Shown piece by piece: positions 55,801 to 61,228 of a stretch of 61,228 nt of DNA. Origin of the DNA: an uncultured Bacilli bacterium (GTDB taxonomy: Bacteria > Bacillota_I > Bacilli_A > RF39 > UBA660); the NCBI GenBank assembly GCA_934089255.1, contig CAKOJI010000003.1, positions 1 through 61,228 of the forward strand, in the 5' to 3' direction. How positions within the stretch are numbered: position 1 is the first letter of the stretch; each line of letters opens with the position of its first letter. Under the pieces are notes generated by a model. It had not been told where the DNA came from. It did no database searches and saw only the letters and a program-made list of their open reading frames with translations. A program made the translations under genes and the position numbers.

Positions 55801-57353
55801 GTGGTTATGACTTACCAGATAAGATGTGTCCTAATTGTAATATTCCATTTAATAAAGCTGGACAAGATATGCCATTTGCAACGTTTTTAGGTTTTAATGC
55901 TGACAAGGTACCGGATATAGATCTTAACTTTTCTGGAGATAATCAAGCAAGTGCTCATGAATATACTAAAGTATTGTTTGGTGTAGATAATGTTTATCGT
56001 GCTGGAACAATAGGTACTGTTGCAGAAAAGACTGCTTATGGTTTTGTTAAAGGTTATTGTGAAGAAAAAGGAATAAATTTAAGAAGTGTTGAAATAGAAA
56101 GGTTGGCTGTTGGCTGTACTGGAATAAAAAGAACAACAGGTCAACATCCTGGAGGAATTGTTGTTATTCCAGGTTATATGGATGTATTTGACTTTACTCC
56201 TTTTCAGTTCCCTGCAGATGATCCTACTAGTGCTTGGAGAACTACTCACTTTGATTACCATGCAATTGATCAAGATGTTTTAAAACTTGATATTCTTGGA
56301 CACGATGATCCGACTGTGTTACGTATGCTTCAAGATTTGTCTGGGATGGATGTTACAAAAGTTCCTTTAGATGATAAAGCAACTATGGATATATTTAAAT
56401 CTCCTGAACCTTTAGGTGTTACAAAAGAACAAATAATGTGTGAAACTGGTACATTAGGTGTTCCTGAATTTGGTACTAAGTTTGTTATAGGTATGCTTGT
56501 TGATACTAAGCCGGGGACATTTTCTGAACTTATTAAAATATCTGGTTTATCACATGGTACTGATGTTTGGCTTGGAAATGCTCAGGATTTAATTAGAAAT
56601 AATATAGTTGATTTCAAAGATGTTATTGGGTGTCGTGACGATATAATGGTATATTTGATGTATCATGGTTTAGAACCTAAAAAAGCATTTAAAATAATGG
56701 AATTTGTTAGAAAAGGAAAAGCAAGTAAAGATCCAGAAACATGGAAAATGTGGGAAAAAGAAATGCGTGATGCTAAAATAGAAGATTGGTTTATTGATTC
56801 TTGTAGAAAAATAAAATACATGTTCCCAAAAGCTCATGCAGCAGCTTATGTTATAAGTGCATTTAGAATTGCTTACTTTAAAGTTCATTATCCATTATTA
56901 TATTACGCTGCTTATTTTTCAATAAGATGCGATGACTTTGATGTTGAATCAATGATAAAAGGAGAAAGTGCAATACGTGCAAAAATAGAAGAACTTCAAA
57001 ATAAAGGTTTTGAAATGACTAATAAGGAATCAAATACATTGGATGTTTTATATTGTGCTTTAGAAATGACTTGTAGAGGATTGAGTTTTAAAAATATAAA
57101 TCTAGAAAAAAGTGATGCAAAATACTTTATTATTGATGAAGACAAAAAAAGTTTAATAATGCCATGGAGAAGTTTAGATGGACTAGGTGTACAAGTATGT
57201 AACCAAATTATAGAGGAAAGAAAAAAGGGAAGATTTATTAGTATAGAAGATTTACAAAATAGAGGAAAGGTAAATCAAACGGCAATTGAGAAATTGAGAA
57301 CGTTAGGTGTATTAAAAGATTTACCAGAATCTAGTCAATTAAGTTTATTTTGA
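52818..57353 (+). CDS. polC: DNA polymerase III PolC-type alpha subunit
   Basis: A 1511-aa protein with a PHP domain (ELHTHTMMS), an inserted DEDDh exonuclease (FDLETTG, HNAKFD, HRADYD) and a polymerase core. Confidence 0.97.
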   Translation: MDNKLERFFNKIGFIYNDDFNNSKITKVVVNKIEESWTVYIYNKNCLNIDSAMDLINTAKKGIDSVSTIKIVYEYEEINDDDIKTYFRYLLNELIKNSPALSSIVNNEIYIDDDIITIEVISTNEEKLIKKESKRLVNALSELGIKDININCKINEELKNNLKEQIKNSRVEIKKTNEVVNKVIMGEAIKSKITTIDNILSEENNVTVEAYVFGKDVFESSKTNFKILTLKVSDKTDSILAKIFSKDEEEFKTITKSIKEGNWYRIRGYSKNDPYAKDMVLNIRDIEEIPSKNVSVMDESDEKRIELHTHTMMSQMDGCVDAKTILKTAVKWGHKAIGITDHNGCQSFPDVYHFVTDYNKGKSDEDKFKAIYGCELTLVDDTVRIVTRSVDKSLSDSTYCVFDLETTGFNAGGDDQIIEIGAVLIKDGVIIDRFDELIDPKRPLSYKIVELTNITDDMLKGKDDEETVVKKFISWFKDYPMVAHNAKFDTSFLEMAYKKYNLGTFNNCVIDTLELSRALDPEYSKHGLSALVKRYEVPWAEDAHHRADYDAEGTALVLDKMLKKLKTKKYSNINELNSLVDQKEIHKYGRTYHVNLLVQNKTGLKNLFKIISYANTTYLYKTPRILRSKLEEFRSGLLVGSGCYNSEVFVEARSKSEDELRTIIDFYDYVEVQPKDAYTHLIDQSDFSGETELDSTLRKIIECTKEQGKIIVATGDVHYLNKEDKIYREIIINQKVPGGGRHPLNRSNIIHIPENHFRTTNEMLEDFSFLGSDLAHELVIDNPKKIADTVDIIEVIIETGGIPFSPKMGDSRSEVYNLVFDKAHSMYGDPLPNNIEKRIAQELYGDGILKLVSDKTKEEYSDLSDDEFEEKFMTNLSSIVKDGYDKVFELTKEGIKRNNSELSDQELDKETKKNLGGIIGGGFDVIYLIAQKLVKHSNDDGYLVGSRGSVGSSFVATMMGITEVNPLPAHYLCDKCKMSIFDFEDGRPLGSEYSSGYDLPDKMCPNCNIPFNKAGQDMPFATFLGFNADKVPDIDLNFSGDNQASAHEYTKVLFGVDNVYRAGTIGTVAEKTAYGFVKGYCEEKGINLRSVEIERLAVGCTGIKRTTGQHPGGIVVIPGYMDVFDFTPFQFPADDPTSAWRTTHFDYHAIDQDVLKLDILGHDDPTVLRMLQDLSGMDVTKVPLDDKATMDIFKSPEPLGVTKEQIMCETGTLGVPEFGTKFVIGMLVDTKPGTFSELIKISGLSHGTDVWLGNAQDLIRNNIVDFKDVIGCRDDIMVYLMYHGLEPKKAFKIMEFVRKGKASKDPETWKMWEKEMRDAKIEDWFIDSCRKIKYMFPKAHAAAYVISAFRIAYFKVHYPLLYYAAYFSIRCDDFDVESMIKGESAIRAKIEELQNKGFEMTNKESNTLDVLYCALEMTCRGLSFKNINLEKSDAKYFIIDEDKKSLIMPWRSLDGLGVQVCNQIIEERKKGRFISIEDLQNRGKVNQTAIEKLRTLGVLKDLPESSQLSLF

Positions 57354-57396
57354 CAAATAGTAACAATTTTTTTGTTATTCACGATTTATTATATAT

Positions 57397-58269
57397 ATGG
57401 TGAATAATATGATGAAGATATTTAAAAGTAAGAAAAATAGATTATTAAATATAAAAAAAATATTAGTATTACTTTTAATATCTTTTTTAATATCATTTTT
57501 TATTAGTAAAATACCTATATTTAAAAATAATAAAGTAATAAATATATTAAAAAAGACTAGTTTAAATGAAATACCTAATGTTTCATTTGGAATAGATGCA
57601 AAGTATTTACTTAATATAGGTTTTAATACTTTTGATGATATAAAATTTTCTAAAGAAGTTTTTAAACAAACTAAGAAAGATACTAAGACAAATAATATTA
57701 TATATGTTTATAATACTCATCAAACAGAAGAATATAAAACTATTGAAAATTATAATTTAACACCAACTGTACTAACTGCTTCTTTAATTTTAAAAGATAT
57801 GTTAAAAGATTATGGAGTAGAAGTAATAGTTGAAGAAAGAGATTTGTTAACTGATTTAAAAAATATGAATTTAACTTATAATAAAGCATATTATGTTAGT
57901 GAAAAATGGTTAAATGATTTAAATAATAAAGATTTAAAACTATATATAGATTTACATAGAGATAGTGTTGAGTATAAATACAGTAATGTAAGTATTGATG
58001 GTAAAGATTATGCAAAAATATTATTTGTAATAGGGACTAAGGGTGAATATCAAGGAAATATGTCAGTTGCTGAAAGCATTGATAATGAAATAAAAAAAAT
58101 TAATCCAAGTATTAGTAGAGGAATATTTACTAGATACAGCACTTTTAATCAAGATTTTAGTCCTAATAATATTATTATAGAAGTTGGTGGAGTTGATAGT
58201 AGTTATGAAAGTGTTAGCAACTCATTAAGTGTTTTAGCGTTAGCAATAAAAAATTATTTGGGTGATTAA
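57397..58269 (+). CDS. spoIIP: Stage II sporulation protein P
   Basis: N-terminal TM helix with YNTHQTEEY, DLHRDS and IIIEVGG motifs. Confidence 0.8.
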   Translation: MVNNMMKIFKSKKNRLLNIKKILVLLLISFLISFFISKIPIFKNNKVINILKKTSLNEIPNVSFGIDAKYLLNIGFNTFDDIKFSKEVFKQTKKDTKTNNIIYVYNTHQTEEYKTIENYNLTPTVLTASLILKDMLKDYGVEVIVEERDLLTDLKNMNLTYNKAYYVSEKWLNDLNNKDLKLYIDLHRDSVEYKYSNVSIDGKDYAKILFVIGTKGEYQGNMSVAESIDNEIKKINPSISRGIFTRYSTFNQDFSPNNIIIEVGGVDSSYESVSNSLSVLALAIKNYLGD

Positions 58270-58270
58270 T

Positions 58271-58594
58271 ATGGAAGAAAAAAAGAAAAAGAATACTTTT
58301 TTAAAAATTATATTTGCTGTATTTATTTTATTTCTTTTGTTATATTTAATGGATGATTTAGGTTATTATAATATACGTGCTAAGAATAAGGTATTAACCG
58401 AAGAAAAAATAAAAGAGTTTGAAAGCGATGTTAAAAATGGTAAAAGTATAGATTTAAAAGAATATACTGTAGATAATACTAATTATAGAAATGTATATAG
58501 TAATATTGGTTATAATTTATCAAATGGTATAGATACAGTATTGAATAAAGGTTTTAAAGAATTTGGTAAAATATTAAAAAAATTATTTAAATAA
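58271..58594 (+). CDS. Hypothetical small bitopic membrane protein
   Basis: ATG behind GGGTGA and one TM helix. Confidence 0.5.
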   Translation: MEEKKKKNTFLKIIFAVFILFLLLYLMDDLGYYNIRAKNKVLTEEKIKEFESDVKNGKSIDLKEYTVDNTNYRNVYSNIGYNLSNGIDTVLNKGFKEFGKILKKLFK

Positions 58595-58600
58595 AAAAAG

Positions 58601-60244
58601 TTATTCATCTATTAAAACAGCATGAATAACTAATCTTGTTGGACTGTTAGTTGTACTAGTACCACATGTAGATATTGTAAGTATATGATCATCTTTTGTA
58701 ACGTTCACATTAAAGTTATACATACTTCTTGAACGTATCATATCTAAGAAAGATTGAAACTCATTTAAATCACCAAAATTAGCATATAAATAATCATTAG
58801 TAACTGGTATTTTATATATTGAAAATATCTTCCATTTCATATTTTTAACTTTAGTATTAAATGTTATTATTTGATTATCTGGATTTTTATACCAAGATGG
58901 GTTAGTAACGTATCTTAATGTTCCAAGCATTAAACCAGTTCTAGAATTATGTCCCCATATAATAGTATTATTACTTAAATTGTATATGTTATTTCTATAA
59001 TCCATAAATATCCAACCAAATGAATTGGTTTGTTTATTAAAATCTCTTTTTAAATAGTAGTCGTTATCAGTATGTTGTACTACTGGATAGTTAACTTTAG
59101 TATTATTTACTGTTAACCAACCGACCGTTTCATTATTTATACTCGCTAGTTCATCAAATATTTGATTATATTTTTTATAATATGAACTAGTATTAGGAGT
59201 ATAACTTGAAGTAGTAGTATTTGTTGTTTCATTTTCTTCAGTATCTATGTATTCTATATCGCTAGTATCATCATCTAATTCTACGTCGTAATTATCTAAT
59301 ATATCAGTTAAAGCATTATTAATATCATTTACGTTATTTTCACTAGAATAGTTTTTATAGAAATCTAATGATGAAAATACTAATGAACAAACTATTACTA
59401 CAAAGCATATATATTTTAATGTTACAAAGTTTAGCTGCTTAAATAAATTTTTCTTTTTATAAGTAGCAGAATATACTATTTTAAAATCTATATTTTTATT
59501 TTCTAAATAATCTTTATAAATAGATTTTAAATAATTTATAGAATTAACTATAACATCAATATTATTATTTTCATAAAATACTATTATTTTATTATTTAAA
59601 TTATATTCTTTAAATAAGTCCATTATAGTATATATTAAATCATTAGAATAATTTTTAATATGTATTTCTTTTAAATATTTATTTATTTTAATAAATGTTT
59701 TAAAATCTTCTATTTCTTTTTTATCAAAGTTTTTAGTTATAACTATATTTTTCTTATAGTATATATCAGAATATTTATGTAATTTATTGTCTTCCATAAA
59801 TTTACTTAGAAAAAACATTTCACTTCTAATATCAACTTTTAATTGTTTATTTAAGTCTAATTTTTCTAATAAGTAGGGTGGTATATCATAACAGTTTACG
59901 TATTCTAAATATTTATTATCAAGTAACTTCATAAATATTTCGTAATCTATTGCCTTATCTTCACTTAATAATAATTTTTTTATAGTTTTAGAGTTATTTA
60001 TTAGATCTAGTGTTAGAGTAGTAAGTTCTATATTATTAACTCTTACTTTGTCTATATTATTTTTTATTATTATCGTATTTATGAAACTACTAACTAATTC
60101 TAAGTTATCTTTTATATAATTGTATGAAAATAATAGTTCTTTTGTATCTATTATATTAGTATTATTTAAGTTTTTATTTTCTTTTTTATTAATTAGACTA
60201 ATAGTAAGTAATGTTGAATTAATTTTAATTAGTATATTATTCAT
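58601..60244 (-). CDS. Class B sortase catalytic domain fused to a ~280-aa N-terminal cytoplasmic domain and an acidic/Thr-rich linker
   Basis: The C-terminal part has VGWLTV..NYPVVQ, IIWGHN, LTISTC and RLVIHAVL. A single TM helix lies near residue 285. The N-terminal domain is Asn/Ile/Leu-rich with no recognised family. Confidence 0.75.
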   Translation of the reverse strand: MNNILIKINSTLLTISLINKKENKNLNNTNIIDTKELLFSYNYIKDNLELVSSFINTIIIKNNIDKVRVNNIELTTLTLDLINNSKTIKKLLLSEDKAIDYEIFMKLLDNKYLEYVNCYDIPPYLLEKLDLNKQLKVDIRSEMFFLSKFMEDNKLHKYSDIYYKKNIVITKNFDKKEIEDFKTFIKINKYLKEIHIKNYSNDLIYTIMDLFKEYNLNNKIIVFYENNNIDVIVNSINYLKSIYKDYLENKNIDFKIVYSATYKKKNLFKQLNFVTLKYICFVVIVCSLVFSSLDFYKNYSSENNVNDINNALTDILDNYDVELDDDTSDIEYIDTEENETTNTTTSSYTPNTSSYYKKYNQIFDELASINNETVGWLTVNNTKVNYPVVQHTDNDYYLKRDFNKQTNSFGWIFMDYRNNIYNLSNNTIIWGHNSRTGLMLGTLRYVTNPSWYKNPDNQIITFNTKVKNMKWKIFSIYKIPVTNDYLYANFGDLNEFQSFLDMIRSRSMYNFNVNVTKDDHILTISTCGTSTTNSPTRLVIHAVLIDE

Positions 60245-60475
60245 TAAATCACTTACTTTCTATTATTATTTTATATATATAATATTAGCATATTTGTTAT
60301 TAAAATACAAATAAAATTACTGGTATGTTGGTTATTATAAAGTGAAAGTATTTAATTAATAATGTTTAACAGTAACTGTTCACTTGTTTTGTATTTTTCT
60401 ATTTTAAAGTAAGAATAAGAGATAAAATGAATTATCATATAAAAAAGCCCTAATTTAAGGCTTTTATTGTTAAAG

Positions 60476-60560
60476 TGGTGCGGGTAACAGGACTTGAACC
60501 TGCACGGAAGAATCCACTAGATCCTAAGTCTAGCGCGTCTGCCAGTTCCGCCATACCCGC
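60476..60560 (-). tRNA. tRNA-Leu (anticodon TAG)
   Basis: Hand-folded cloverleaf with a long variable arm and encoded CCA. A terminator hairpin follows at ~60446..60466. Confidence 0.85.
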
Positions 60561-60570
60561 AATTAAAAAA

Positions 60571-60647
60571 TGGTGGATCTTGTAGGACTCGAACCTACGA
60601 CCGCCCGGTTATGAGCCGGATGCTCTAACCAACTGAGCTAAAGATCC
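60571..60647 (-). tRNA. tRNA with a CAT anticodon (elongator Met or lysidine-type Ile2, not initiator-like)
   Basis: GGATCTT/AAGATCC acceptor stem and CTCATAA anticodon loop. The anticodon stem lacks the GGG/CCC feature of initiator tRNA. Confidence 0.8.
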
Positions 60648-60756
60648 GTAATTATCCGCCATTGCTCTTTAATAATAACATATTTAGATATACAACGCAA
60701 CATATTTTTTAAATTTTTTAATAAAAAAAACTTATTACTAAGCTTTAAATCAATTT

Positions 60757-60833
60757 TGGTGACCCGTACGGGATTTGAACCCATGAATGCATGCGTGAAA
60801 GGCATGTGTGTTCAACCACTTCACCAACGGGCC
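60757..60833 (-). tRNA. tRNA-Glu (anticodon TTC), copy 1
   Basis: GGCCCGT/ACGGGTC acceptor stem, CTTTCAC loop and encoded CCA. Confidence 0.85.
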
Positions 60834-60924
60834 ATAAATGACTAGTTAAATATACTATATTAATGGTAATGTTGTCAAGAAAAAAATAAAAAAACTTATC
60901 AATTTGATAAGTTTGTATTCAAAA

Positions 60925-61001
60925 TGGTGACCCGTACGGGATTTGAACCCATGAATGCATGCGTGAAAGGCATGTGTGTTCAACCACTTCACCAACGGGC
61001 C
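60925..61001 (-). tRNA. tRNA-Glu (anticodon TTC), copy 2, identical to copy 1
   Basis: The same 77-nt sequence. Confidence 0.85.
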
Positions 61002-61005
61002 AAAA

Positions 61006-61082
<77 letters not shown>

Positions 61083-61155
61083 ATCACAATTGACTTATTT
61101 ATTATAACTAATAAAATTAACATTTGTCAATAAAATATTTATTAATAATCAAAAA

Positions 61156-61228
61156 TGGTGGGCTGTTAGGGATTCGAACCCTAGACCCACTGATTAAGAG
61201 TCAGTTGCTCTACCAACTGAGCTAACAG
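61156..61228 (-). tRNA. tRNA-Lys (anticodon CTT). The 5' end is truncated by the window edge.
   Basis: ACAGCCCACCA 3' end and CTCTTAA anticodon loop. About 3 nt of the acceptor stem are missing. Confidence 0.75.

Overview
This is a 61,228-bp chromosomal window from a very AT-rich (roughly one quarter G+C by eye), PolC-type, endospore-forming Bacillota genome. The housekeeping backbone comprises spoIIGA-sigE, pyk, mraY-ftsW, an alpha/beta-hydrolase + membrane-anchored MurF + ddl operon, uvrA, rpoZ, murE, mraZ-rsmH-ftsL-PBP, lon, ruvAB, ftsEX + M23 peptidase, def, polC, spoIIP and a minus-strand tRNA cluster (Lys-Ile-Glu-Glu-CAT-Leu). Five kinds of accessory content sit between these genes. (1) A sortase B locus has two NPKT[SV]D-anchored surface proteins, and a second sortase B is fused to a ~280-aa cytoplasmic domain. 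(2) Three proteins carry SipW/TasA-type signal peptides (..TYAYF..). Two are small Ala/Thr-rich paralogs behind near-consensus promoters. The third is a 541-aa form whose C-terminal WW..SP...FRP domain carries a 130-nt adenine-depleted, ~52% GC codon island. An orphan C-terminal cassette at the window start has a similar island. This is a candidate DGR-type targeted diversification, but no reverse transcriptase or template repeat lies in the window. (3) A duplicated module pairs an acyl-adenylate ligase with a ~7-TM hybrid histidine-kinase-like protein in which both the phospho-His and the receiver Asp are substituted. One copy also has a HAD-ligase fusion, a PlsC-type acyltransferase and uppP. 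(4) A ~500-nt ORF-free, GC-enriched RNA candidate lies behind a perfect sigma-A consensus promoter, directly upstream of a 4-TM DxxxD protein (an OLE RNA / OapA-like arrangement). (5) A ~105-nt promoter-to-terminator sRNA candidate is present. I saw no CRISPR array, rRNA, prophage or recognisable defence island. All identifications rest on motif recognition by eye. No database search was run.
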